This document shows, in pieces, positions 40,772-51,300 of a stretch of DNA of 64,000 nt (position 1 is the stretch's first letter; each line of letters opens with the position of its first letter). Source of the stretch: Clostridia bacterium (lineage in GTDB: Bacteria; Bacillota; Clostridia; TANB77; CAG-465); assembly GCA_045536565.1 (NCBI GenBank), contig JAZSNU010000003.1:32001-96000 (forward strand), in the 5' to 3' direction. Below the pieces are notes generated by a model. The model saw nothing but the letters and a program-made list of their open reading frames with translations. It made no database searches and was not told the origin of the DNA. A program made the translations under genes and the position numbers.

Positions 40772-41389
40772 TTGTTAAAGAACATGGTTAAAGAATATAT
40801 AAATCAAAATAGAAAGATAGTAACAGGTTTGTTTATATGTATATTAGCGGGAATGGTAGCGGGTTTGTTAGTATATAACTTTTCAGATAAGGAAATAAAA
40901 GATGTTTTAGTAGAGCAAATGACACAGTCAATAAAAGCATCTGGTGAAGGAGAAGTTATAAAAACAAACATGGTATATAATGGAATGAAAAATAACATTA
41001 TATTAGTGCTTTTTATGTTTTTGTTTAGCATAATGTTATATGGCACAATTTTAATATATTTACTTTATATTATTAAGGGAACTGCTATTGGAATATATAT
41101 AGGTACATTGTTTGGCGTTTTTGGGTTTTGGTGGGGTATTTTAGCAATACTTGTATTAATTATATTAGTAAATATAGTTTATTTACCAGGAATCATATTT
41201 ATAGGTAGTACATTTGTAAATTATAACTTAAATGTATTAGAGTATAAAAATGAAATTAGAAAAGTTGATTCTATATCTAAGGTTCTTTTTAAAGTGTTTT
41301 GTGGTATGGTAATAATATTTTCTAGTATAATAATAGAACAATTATTGAGTAATATTGCTATAAAAATATATAATTGTATTCAAAAATAG
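40772..41389 (+). CDS. spoIIM: Stage II sporulation protein M-like membrane protein
   Basis: Multi-TM, KG..IG..IG, final IE motif; conserved position upstream of xerD. Confidence 0.65.
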   Translation: MLKNMVKEYINQNRKIVTGLFICILAGMVAGLLVYNFSDKEIKDVLVEQMTQSIKASGEGEVIKTNMVYNGMKNNIILVLFMFLFSIMLYGTILIYLLYIIKGTAIGIYIGTLFGVFGFWWGILAILVLIILVNIVYLPGIIFIGSTFVNYNLNVLEYKNEIRKVDSISKVLFKVFCGMVIIFSSIIIEQLLSNIAIKIYNCIQK

Positions 41390-41565
41390 TTGGTTTTTAA
41401 AGGTATTTTGCCAAGTATTTTAAAAAATATTGGGGAACATTACATAAAAAATGAAAAAGTAGTTGCAAAATTAAATAAAATGGTGTAAAATAATGTAGAA
41501 AATAAATAAGGTAAGCATAACACCGTAATATAAAGTTGTGTAATGTATTGAATGAGGTAAAAGCA

Positions 41566-42447
41566 ATGGAACTTATTATTCAAGATTTTATTGAATACTT
41601 GAAAAGTAGACAAGTATCAAAAAACACATTAGTATCTTACGAAAGAGATATTAATCAGTTAGTAGCACATTTAAATCAAGTTGGTAAAAAAATGGTAGAT
41701 GCCAAAGAAGAAGATTTACAAAACTATGTTGTATACATGCAAACAGTTGGAAAATCAAATGCTACTATTTCTAGAAGTGTGGCTTCTATAAAAGCATTTT
41801 ATAAGTATTTATTAAAAAATAAAGTAATTGAAGAAAATATCACAGAGGGATTAGTGGCTCCAAAAGTAGAGAAAAAAGAGCTATCAATACTTACTCCAAA
41901 GGAAGTAGAGTGCTTACTTGAACAACCAAGTTCAGATGACTTAAAAGGTCAAAGAGATAAAGCGATGCTTGAAGTGTTGTATGCTACTGGAATAAGAGTA
42001 ACAGAATTGATTTCTATTAGAATTGCAGATGTTAATCTTAATGCTGGATATATCAAAGTTAAAAAGAAAAATAAAGAAAGAACAATTCCTGTTGGGAATG
42101 TTGCTTTAAAATGCTTAAAAGAATATGTAGAAAATGTTAGACCACTTCTAATAAAAACTGAGGAAGAAGAAACTTTATTTATAAATGCGAACGGACAAAA
42201 GATGACAAGACAAGGATTCTGGAAAATACTAAAACAATATAAGGATCAAGCTAAAATAGACAAAGAATTAACACCACACACTATAAGACACTCATTTGCT
42301 GTACATTTATTACAAAATGGTGCAGAAGTTAAAATGGTACAAGAAATACTTGGACATACTGATGTAGCATCAACATTAATGTACACTCAAATGGCAGACA
42401 TGAAGTTAAGAGATGAATATTTAAAAGCTCATCCAAGAGGAAACTAA
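41566..42447 (+). CDS. xerD: Tyrosine recombinase XerD
   Basis: RDKAMLEVLYATGIRV.EL, TPHTIRHSFA.HLL, LGH, HPR. Confidence 0.92.
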   Translation: MELIIQDFIEYLKSRQVSKNTLVSYERDINQLVAHLNQVGKKMVDAKEEDLQNYVVYMQTVGKSNATISRSVASIKAFYKYLLKNKVIEENITEGLVAPKVEKKELSILTPKEVECLLEQPSSDDLKGQRDKAMLEVLYATGIRVTELISIRIADVNLNAGYIKVKKKNKERTIPVGNVALKCLKEYVENVRPLLIKTEEEETLFINANGQKMTRQGFWKILKQYKDQAKIDKELTPHTIRHSFAVHLLQNGAEVKMVQEILGHTDVASTLMYTQMADMKLRDEYLKAHPRGN

Positions 42448-42505
42448 GAATATTATTGATGGCGAATACCTTTATGGTGTTCGCTTATGTTTTAAGGAGA
42501 AATGT

Positions 42506-43243
42506 ATGAGAAATATAAAATTAACAATAGAATATGATGGAACAAATTTCTGCGGTTGGCAAATACAACCTGATAAAAGAACTGTTCAAGAAGAAATAGA
42601 AAATGCACTTGCTGCTATTTTAAAGGAAGAAGTTAAAATAAACGGTGCAGGAAGAACAGATAGTGGAGTTCATGCCATAGGACAGGTTGCTAATTTTCAT
42701 ACTGATAAAACAATAGGTTGTAAAGAGTTATACATGGCTATAAACAGCATAATACCAAAAGATATAACAATTCTTAATGTGGAAGATGTGGATAATGATT
42801 TTCATGCAAGAAAATCTGCTAAGGCAAAACATTATAGGTATGTTATAAATAACTCTAAAATTCATTCGGCGTTAAATATGAATAGAGAATATCTGTTTAA
42901 GTATAATTTAAATGATGAAGCAATGAGATTAGCAAGTCAGGATTTAATAGGAAAACATGATTTTGCAGCATTTAAATCTGCTGGAAGTGATATAGAAAAT
43001 ACTCAAAGGGAGATGTATGATATATCAATAAATAGAATGGGAAATAGGGTAATTATAGATATAATTGGAAATGGATTCATGTATAACATGGTTAGAATTA
43101 TAGTAGGAACACTTTTAGATATAGGTTCGGGTAAATTAGATATGTGTACTATAAAAAACATGATAGAAACAGGAGATAGAGCATTAGGCGGGCAAACTGT
43201 AGCGGCTTGTGGGTTATATATGGTAGAAGTTAAGTATAACTAA
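42506..43243 (+). CDS. truA: tRNA pseudouridine(38-40) synthase
   Basis: YDGTNF.GWQ, AGRTDSGVHA, GFMYNMVR. Confidence 0.96.
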   Translation: MRNIKLTIEYDGTNFCGWQIQPDKRTVQEEIENALAAILKEEVKINGAGRTDSGVHAIGQVANFHTDKTIGCKELYMAINSIIPKDITILNVEDVDNDFHARKSAKAKHYRYVINNSKIHSALNMNREYLFKYNLNDEAMRLASQDLIGKHDFAAFKSAGSDIENTQREMYDISINRMGNRVIIDIIGNGFMYNMVRIIVGTLLDIGSGKLDMCTIKNMIETGDRALGGQTVAACGLYMVEVKYN

Positions 43244-43465
43244 AATAAATAATATGATTTAGATAATATTAAAAAAGGTGGTGTTGATATATACGCTGCC
43301 TTTTTATGAAAATATATACAAATTCATGAAAACATATTGACATAATACTGGTAATGGAGTATAATAGAAGAGTAGTAAATAAAAAGGAAGATATATAATT
43401 ATCTCTTGGGTAATAACGGCAGTTGCCGTATATTATAAATAATATATATAAAGGAGTAGAACAAG

Positions 43466-43741
43466 ATGGTTAATTACAAAAAAGGATTAGTGAGTCAGTT
43501 ACACAGTATGCTTACAAACCACCCAGACAGAATGCATAGCATGTTAGAGGTTAGGTTGGTAAACAGGAAAACAGATGAGCTTATTGATTCGGACAGATTT
43601 GAGATTTATACAAATCATCCTGTTAAGAAGATTGAAGACAAGGTGGAAAAATTAAGAACAAAAGGAGATATATATACATTAGAAATAAAAGAGCTTGTTG
43701 AAAAAAGTGAGGGAGAATATTTCTTGATTCTCGGAGTATAA
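43466..43741 (+). CDS. Hypothetical protein
   Basis: 91 aa; RBS AAAGGAG; own TTGACA-17-TATAAT promoter at ~43337-43365 and downstream terminator. Confidence 0.6.
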   Translation: MVNYKKGLVSQLHSMLTNHPDRMHSMLEVRLVNRKTDELIDSDRFEIYTNHPVKKIEDKVEKLRTKGDIYTLEIKELVEKSEGEYFLILGV

Positions 43742-43818
43742 AACTTCTTTAAAATTTAGCGCCAGCTATTGATTAGCTGGCGCTTTTATGTTATAATATA
43801 CTAGCTTGTTATAAGCAA

Positions 43819-43895
43819 AATACACACATAGATATAGTTTATACTTCTCTCTAAAAAATTAGAGTAAAATAAACGATAATATTTATGGAGGAAAT
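43819..43895 (+). promoter_or_regulatory. rpsB (S2) leader candidate
   Basis: ACACAC...TGGAGG framed leader upstream of rpsB. Confidence 0.45.
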
Positions 43896-43913
43896 AAGAA
43901 GGAGGAATTTTAA

Positions 43914-44771
43914 ATGGCAATTATACCTATGAGATCATTACTAGAAGCCGGTGTTCATTTTGGACATCAAACAAGAAGATGGGATCCAAGAATGGCTCCA
44001 TATATCTTCACAGCAAGAAATGGTATCTATATACTAGACTTGCAAAAAACTTTAAAGAAAGTTAAAGATGCTTACGAAGTAGTAAGAACTACTGTTGAGC
44101 AAGGTGGAACAGTTCTATTTGTTGGAACAAAAAGACAAATAGCTGATTGCATCAAAGAAGAAGCTGAAAGATGTGGAATGTACTACATTAACAGCAGATG
44201 GCTTGGTGGAACATTAACGAACTTTACTACAATCAAAAAGAGAGTAGCAAGATTAAAACAATTAGAAGAAATGCAAGAAGATGGAACATTTGATGTTTTA
44301 CCTAAAAAAGAAGTTATCAAATTAAAACTTGAAATGGAAAAATTAGAAAAGAACCTAGGCGGAATAAAAGAAATGGATAAAGTACCATCTTTAATATTCT
44401 TAGTAGATTCAAAGAAAGAATTTATTTGTACACAAGAAGCTAGAAAATTAAACATACCTACAATTGGTCTAATAGATTCTAACTGTAATCCAAATGATGT
44501 TGATCATGTTATCCCAGGAAATGATGATGCTGTAAGAGCTGTAAAATTAATAACAGCAAAAATGGCAGACGCAGTTATCCATGGTAGAGATGGTGAAGCA
44601 CCTGTTGCTTTTGATGATGAAGAAGAAACATCAATGGAACAATTAGTTAAAGAAGTTGGAGAAGACAAAATAGAAAGAAAACCTAGAAAACCAAGACAAC
44701 CAAGAAATAATGATAAAAAAGAAGAAAAAGCAGAAGTAGAAGAAGCTAAAGAAACAGAAGAAAATAAATAG
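43914..44771 (+). CDS. rpsB: 30S ribosomal protein S2
   Basis: [31 protein letters not shown]. Confidence 0.98.
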   Translation: MAIIPMRSLLEAGVHFGHQTRRWDPRMAPYIFTARNGIYILDLQKTLKKVKDAYEVVRTTVEQGGTVLFVGTKRQIADCIKEEAERCGMYYINSRWLGGTLTNFTTIKKRVARLKQLEEMQEDGTFDVLPKKEVIKLKLEMEKLEKNLGGIKEMDKVPSLIFLVDSKKEFICTQEARKLNIPTIGLIDSNCNPNDVDHVIPGNDDAVRAVKLITAKMADAVIHGRDGEAPVAFDDEEETSMEQLVKEVGEDKIERKPRKPRQPRNNDKKEEKAEVEEAKETEENK

Positions 44772-44782
44772 GAGGGATTAAT

Positions 44783-45430
44783 ATGGCAGTAACAGCTGAA
44801 CAAGTTAAAGAATTAAGAGATATGACTGGTGCAGGAATAATGGACTGCAAAAAAGTTTTAGTAGAAGTTGATGGAGACATCAAAAAAGCAGTTGAAACTC
44901 TTCGTGAAAGAGGAATAGCAAAGGCTGCAAAAAAAGCTGGAAGAATTGCTTCAGAAGGATTAGTAGAAGCATACATCCATAACGGTAAATATGGCGCTAT
45001 GGTAGAAGTAAACAGTGAAACAGACTTCGTTTCTAAGAATGAAGAATTTAAAACTTTTGTAAGAGATGTAGCTATGCATATAGCAGCATCAAATCCTTTA
45101 TATGTTTCTAGAGAAGAAGTACCTCAAAATGTTATTGACGCTGAAAAAGAAGTTATAAAAGCACAAGCATTAAATGAAGGTAAACCAGAAGCAGTTGTAG
45201 AAAAAATGGTAGAAGGAAGAATTAATAAATACTTGGCAGAAATTTGTTTATTAGATCAACCTTTCGTAAAAGATCCAGACAAAACTATTGGACAATTATT
45301 AACTGAAAAAATAGCTACAATTGGTGAAAACATAGTAATCAGAAGATTTGTTAGATTTGAAAGAGGCGAAGGAATCGAGAAAAAAGAAGAAAACTTTGCT
45401 GAAGAAGTAATGAAACAAATTAATGGTTAA
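44783..45430 (+). CDS. tsf: Elongation factor Ts (short form)
   Basis: [20 protein letters not shown]. Confidence 0.97.
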   Translation: MAVTAEQVKELRDMTGAGIMDCKKVLVEVDGDIKKAVETLRERGIAKAAKKAGRIASEGLVEAYIHNGKYGAMVEVNSETDFVSKNEEFKTFVRDVAMHIAASNPLYVSREEVPQNVIDAEKEVIKAQALNEGKPEAVVEKMVEGRINKYLAEICLLDQPFVKDPDKTIGQLLTEKIATIGENIVIRRFVRFERGEGIEKKEENFAEEVMKQING

Positions 45431-45581
45431 TTATAGTTAAAAAGATATATAAAAGTATAGAGATATTTTCAATATTTCTATACTTTTTCTTTTATAAAAT
45501 AATTACCAAAATACTTGATTTTACGCATATATATAGTATAATAATAGAAGATTAAAATAAGGGTTTGGAGGAAGATTTTTT

Positions 45582-46130
45582 ATGGATTATAATGTAGTAG
45601 AAAATAAAATGAATGAAAGAATTGAATATTTAGTATCAGAACTTGGAAATATAAGAGCAGGTCGTGCTAATCCACAAATACTAAATAAAATATCAGTAGA
45701 ATATTACGGAACAATGACACCACTTAATCAAGTAGCGTCTATATCAGTTCCAGAAGCAAGACAACTTGTAATTGCACCTTGGGATAAAAGTTTAATAGGA
45801 CCAATAATGAAAGCTATACAAGTAGCAGAGCTTGGTATAAATCCTATGAATGATGGAAATGGAATAAGACTTACATTCCCTGAGCTTAATGAAGAAAGAA
45901 GAAAAGAGATAGTAAAAACAGTTAAATCATTAGGTGAAGACACAAAAGTAGGTATAAGAAATGCAAGAAGAGATGCAATAGATGAAGCTAAAAAAGCACA
46001 AAAAGCAGGCGAGATGAGTGAAGATGACCTAAGAGGTGTTGAAGAAAAAGTACAAAAGATAACAGATAAATATGTTGCTAAAGTAGACGAATTAGTAACA
46101 GGAAAAGAAAAAGAGGTTATGGAAATATAA
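45582..46130 (+). CDS. frr: Ribosome recycling factor
   Basis: IRAGRANP, VEYYG, EERRKE, IRNARR. Confidence 0.97.
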   Translation: MDYNVVENKMNERIEYLVSELGNIRAGRANPQILNKISVEYYGTMTPLNQVASISVPEARQLVIAPWDKSLIGPIMKAIQVAELGINPMNDGNGIRLTFPELNEERRKEIVKTVKSLGEDTKVGIRNARRDAIDEAKKAQKAGEMSEDDLRGVEEKVQKITDKYVAKVDELVTGKEKEVMEI

Positions 46131-46145
46131 CGAAAGTGGGTAGTT

Positions 46146-46958
46146 ATGAAAACAAGAATTTTATCTGGGATTGTTATAACAATTATATGTTTAGGTATTG
46201 TAATACTTAATAACGCATTAATAGATAGTATATTTATAACTGGACTTGCTATATTTGCTTGTTATGAGTTTTTTAGAATGTTTAAAAGCAAGGAGATAAA
46301 TGGAATCCAGTGGATAGCATATTCAGGATGTCTAGGGATAATGTTAATTGATAATCATATTGCAGAAGAGTATAAAATATTAATATACAAAATGGCAATA
46401 TCTATATTTGCTGTAAGTATATTTGCATATATGGTAATTGGCAAATTAAATAGAAATATTAGAGATATTGCAGTTACTGTTATGTCGTTAATATATATTC
46501 CGACATTATTTTCTTTTATAAAAAGAGTATTAATGCTTGAAAATGGAAGAATATTAATATGGTATGTTGTACTTGGTGCTTTTGCAAGTGATACCTTTGC
46601 GTATTTTATAGGGTGCAAATTTGGAAAACACAAATTGTGCCCAACTATAAGCCCTAAAAAATCAGTAGAGGGATCAATAGGCGGAATATGTGGAGTTATA
46701 GTATCATATGTTATTTTGACAGTTATAGGAAATACATATTTTAACTTTAATATGAATATAGTATATTGGATATTAATAGCGATAGTATCTAGTATAGTAG
46801 GACAATTAGGTGATTTAACAGAATCTGCTATTAAAAGATATTGCGGAGTTAAAGATTCTGGAAATCTTATCCCTGGTCATGGCGGAATATTAGATAGATT
46901 TGATAGTTTAATGTTTGTTGCACCAATTGTGTATATATTTATAATATTATATGTATAA
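46146..46958 (+). CDS. cdsA: Phosphatidate cytidylyltransferase
   Basis: DTFAYF, ISPKKSVEG, GVKDSG.LIPGHGGILDRFDS. Confidence 0.96.
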   Translation: MKTRILSGIVITIICLGIVILNNALIDSIFITGLAIFACYEFFRMFKSKEINGIQWIAYSGCLGIMLIDNHIAEEYKILIYKMAISIFAVSIFAYMVIGKLNRNIRDIAVTVMSLIYIPTLFSFIKRVLMLENGRILIWYVVLGAFASDTFAYFIGCKFGKHKLCPTISPKKSVEGSIGGICGVIVSYVILTVIGNTYFNFNMNIVYWILIAIVSSIVGQLGDLTESAIKRYCGVKDSGNLIPGHGGILDRFDSLMFVAPIVYIFIILYV

Positions 46959-46996
46959 TTATATAGTGCTAAAAAGAAAGTAAAAGGTGAAAAGAA

Positions 46997-48241
46997 TTGG
47001 GAATAATACTTACAGTACTTAAATTAATTATAATACTTGGAGTAGTTGCATCTATTCATGAGTTTGGCCATTTTATATTTGCCAAACTTTTTAAAATGAA
47101 AGTAGATGAATTTGCAATAGGATTTGGTAAAGCAATATGGAGTAAAGAATATAAAGGAACTAAATTTTCTTTAAGATGCCTTCCACTAGGTGGATATTGT
47201 GCAATTGATGGAGAAGATGGAGAGTCAGATAACGAAGCAGCCTTTTGTAATAAAGCATGGTGGAAAAGACTTATAGTGTTAGTTGCAGGTGTTGTATTTA
47301 ATGCTATACTTGCCATGGTTATATTTGTTTCTATCAACCTTCCAGGTGATACTTATACAAATGTAATAACGGATATCGATGAAACATCAATTGCATACGA
47401 ATTAGGACTAAGAAATGGAGATAAAATTAAAGAAATAAACGGAAATAATATACATATACTTCAAGATATATCTACATTTAATGATGTATCAGAAAAGCAA
47501 GTAGAAATAGTATACGAAAGAGACGGAGAAGAAAAAACAATAATAACTGATAAGTTAGTTCAAACAATAGGATATATAGGCGTGTATTTTGATGCTAGTC
47601 AGGAAATAATAACAAGTAAAGTTGATATGGTAGAAGGCGGAAGTGCTGCTCAAAAAGCAGGACTTAAATCAGGAGATGTCATAACAGCAGTAAATGGACA
47701 AAAAACAGAACTTTCTTCTGATGTTATAAGCATAATATATGTAAATCCAGGAAAAGAAATAGAAATTACATATACAAGAGATGAAGAAGAATTTACCAAA
47801 AAAATAACACCTTCATCAAAAGAAGTATTTGCAATAGGAAATTTCTCTGCTGAAAAGGTTGATACAAATCTATACTATGCTTTTTGTAAAGCCGGAACAA
47901 GTGTAAAACAAATAATAGGTTCATATGTTGATTTATTTAAAGGTAATGTATCAGTAAATCAATTATCTGGTATAGTTGGAATGGGAGAAGTAGTTTCAAA
48001 AACAGAGGGATGGCTAGATTTCTTAAATTTACTTGCAATAATTTCTATGGCAGTAGGCGTTGCAAATATAATGCCATTCCCACCACTTGATGGAGGAAAA
48101 GTAGTTCTTGTTTTAGCAGAGGCTATAACAAGAAAGAAAGTGTCTATAAAATTAGAGGCTATACTAAGTTATATAGGGTTAGCACTTTTACTTGGACTGA
48201 CGCTATATGTAACATATAACGATATTGTTAGAATATTTTAA
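46997..48241 (+). CDS. rseP: RIP metalloprotease RseP/RasP with two PDZ domains
   Basis: HEFGH, PLGGY, N..P.PPLDGG. Confidence 0.95.
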   Translation: MGIILTVLKLIIILGVVASIHEFGHFIFAKLFKMKVDEFAIGFGKAIWSKEYKGTKFSLRCLPLGGYCAIDGEDGESDNEAAFCNKAWWKRLIVLVAGVVFNAILAMVIFVSINLPGDTYTNVITDIDETSIAYELGLRNGDKIKEINGNNIHILQDISTFNDVSEKQVEIVYERDGEEKTIITDKLVQTIGYIGVYFDASQEIITSKVDMVEGGSAAQKAGLKSGDVITAVNGQKTELSSDVISIIYVNPGKEIEITYTRDEEEFTKKITPSSKEVFAIGNFSAEKVDTNLYYAFCKAGTSVKQIIGSYVDLFKGNVSVNQLSGIVGMGEVVSKTEGWLDFLNLLAIISMAVGVANIMPFPPLDGGKVVLVLAEAITRKKVSIKLEAILSYIGLALLLGLTLYVTYNDIVRIF

Positions 48242-48398
48242 TTAAATAAATATTGTAATAATTATTTAACGAATGATAATAAAATCCAAAATGATATTTT
48301 CCTTCATTTTGGATTTTATGGTATTTCATAAAATTAAATAGATAATATTCAAATTAGATAAGAAGTATATATAAAGAGAGAAAAGAGGTGTAACTAAA

Positions 48399-51300
48399 AT
48401 GAAAAGTGTTAGAGAACTTTTTGGACATGCTGTTCAAAGATGTAGTACATTAGAAGATTTAATGGTAGAAGAAGTGAAGTTTTCTAAAAAGCAAAATGCA
48501 GCTATTGTAACTATTGTTGTTGATAGAAAAATAAATCCATTAGATATTGCTGAGCTTGAAGAAAGAGCACTCCAAATATTTACACTAAAAAGTTTTAAAG
48601 TTATACCTCATCTTACAGTAAAAGATATTGAAGTGACAGAAAGAGATATAATAAATGTAATAAGTTTTTGTGCAAAAAGGGAAGAATATTTAAAACCTAT
48701 GCTTGAGTCAAATAAAATGACAGTAGAGGATAACAATATAACAATAGAATTAAAAACAGCACAATCCAGTTTTTTAAGATTAAAGAAGTTAGACGAAAAA
48801 ATATCAAATATAATTAAAACAATATATGGTAAAAACTATACCGTTTTAATAACTGATTCAAAAGAAGCAAGAGAAAAAAGAAAACAAGAATTAGAAGACA
48901 GAAATAGAGAAGTTAAGTTAGAATATACAAAACAAGAACCAAAGCAAAAAGAACCAGAAACACCACCTACAATACCTAATGAAGAGCAAGTTCAAAATAT
49001 TGCACAACCAGAAAATATAGCTCACGAAGAACCTAACCAAATAAATGAACAGGTCTTAGAGGATATATCAGTAAATAACGAAAAAGTTATATATGGTAGA
49101 GATGTGTCAAGGGAAATGGTTACCAAAGTTGAAAATATTGTTCCAGATATTCCTAGACTATGTATTGATGGTAAAATAATTACCATGGATACAAGAGAAC
49201 TAAAATCTGGAAAAACACTTTTAATGATAGATGTAAGTGATAAAACAAGCACAATATCTTGTAAGGCATTTTTAGATGAAAAAAGAAAAGATGAAGTTTT
49301 GGGAAAAATAAAAGCAGGGAACTATGTTAAAGTATGTGGGAAATCACAAATAGATTCGTTTTCAAATGAACTTACCGTAATGGTAAATAGTATAATGGAA
49401 TCTGATGCTCCTCCTGCAAGGCAAGATTTCTCAGAAGAGAAAAGAGTGGAGCTTCATATGCATACTCAAATGAGTTCAATGGACGGTGTAACAAGCGCAA
49501 CTGATATTGTAAAACAAGCAATTAAATGGGGACATAAAGCGGTAGCAATAACAGACCATGGTGCAGTACAAGCATTTCCAGAAGCACACCTTGCAGCATA
49601 TGATTTTAAATCTGGTGAATACAAGATAAAAGTACTATATGGAATGGAAGGATATTTAGTACCTGATGTAGTTCCAAATTTAGATGCCCAAGACACTTTT
49701 GTTGTATTTGATATAGAAACAACAGGATTTGAACCAGGACTTGATAAAATAACTGAAATAGCAGCAGTAAAAGTTAAAAATGGTGAGTTTATAGAAGAAT
49801 ATACAACATTTGTAAATCCAGAAAGACCAATACCTAAAAATGTTCAAGAACTTACACATATTACTACTGATATGGTAAAAGATGAAAGACCGATAGAAGA
49901 AGTATTGCCGGAGTTTTTAAAATTCTGCGAAGGCGCAGTAATGGTAGCACATAATGCTAAATTTGATATGTCATTTATAAACTATTTTGCTGAAAAAGAG
50001 AAGTTAGAAAAACCTAAATTTGCAGTGGATACATTAGCAATTGCGAGGGAAATATTTGAAAGTTATCAAAATCATAAATTAGGAACAATAGCAGAAAATT
50101 TAGGTATTGAGCTAGAAGGGGCACACAGAGCAATAAACGACACAAGAGCAACTGCAAAAGTATTTGTTAAAATGTGTGAAATACTTAAAGAAAAAGATAT
50201 GGACATAATGGGATTTGTTCAAGACGCAGATAAATTAGATTACAAACAAGGACAGGCTAACCATGTTATCATATTTGCAAAAGATTTAGTGGGTCTTAAA
50301 AATTTATATAAGATAGTATCATACTCAAATCTTCATTATTTCTATAGAAGACCAAGAGTTAATCGTTCTATGATTAATAGGTATAGAAAGGGATTAATAA
50401 TTGGCTCTGCTTGTGAAAGAGGAGAGCTTTATCAAGCGATATTAAATAAAGCGCCAGAAGAAGATATAGAAAATATTGCAAACTATTATGACTATCTAGA
50501 AATACAACCACTTGGAAACAATGAATTCTATTTAAGAAATGGTGAAGTTAGTTCGCTCGAAGAATTAATTAATATAAACAAAAAAATTGTGGAAGTTGGG
50601 GATAAGTTAGGTAAACTTTGTGCTGCTACATGTGATACTCACTTCTTAAATGAAGAAGATGAAATATATAGACGAATTATAATGGCAGGACAAGGTTTTG
50701 ATGATGCAGATAATCAAGCACCGCTATATTTTAGAACTACTGATGAGATGTTAAAAGAATTTGAATACTTAGATGAAGAAAAGAGGAAAGAAGTAGTTAT
50801 AACAAACCCAAATAAAATAGCAGACTGGTTTGAAACAATAGCACCAGTTGTAAGTGGAACATACAACCCTGTAATAGATGGCTCCGATGAAGAAATAGAA
50901 AGAATGACATATGAAAATGCGAGAGCTATATATGGCGATAATCTTCCTGAAATAGTAGAGGCTAGAATAAAAAAAGAACTTAATTCTATAATTACAAATG
51001 GATTTTCCGTTATGTATTTAATAGCACATAAACTTGTTAAGAAGTCAAACTCTGATGGATATCTGGTTGGTTCCAGAGGTTCTGTTGGTTCATCATTTGT
51101 TGCAACAATGACAGGGATAACAGAGGTAAATCCACTACCAGCGCACTATGTATGTACACAGTGTAAATATAGTGAATTTCCAAATACTATTGTTACAACA
51201 GGAATAGATATGGAAGATAAAGATTGCCCACATTGTAACATTCCTATGAAAAAGAATGGTATGGATATTCCGTTTGAAACATTCTTAGGCTTTAAAGGAG

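Noticed and set aside
41566-42447. Tyrosine recombinase as a mobile-element integrase
   Set aside because: Typical chromosomal XerD in the conserved spoIIM-xerD context
44783-45430. Short EF-Ts as a truncated gene
   Set aside because: The ~215-aa form is a known natural variant and has a normal C-terminus
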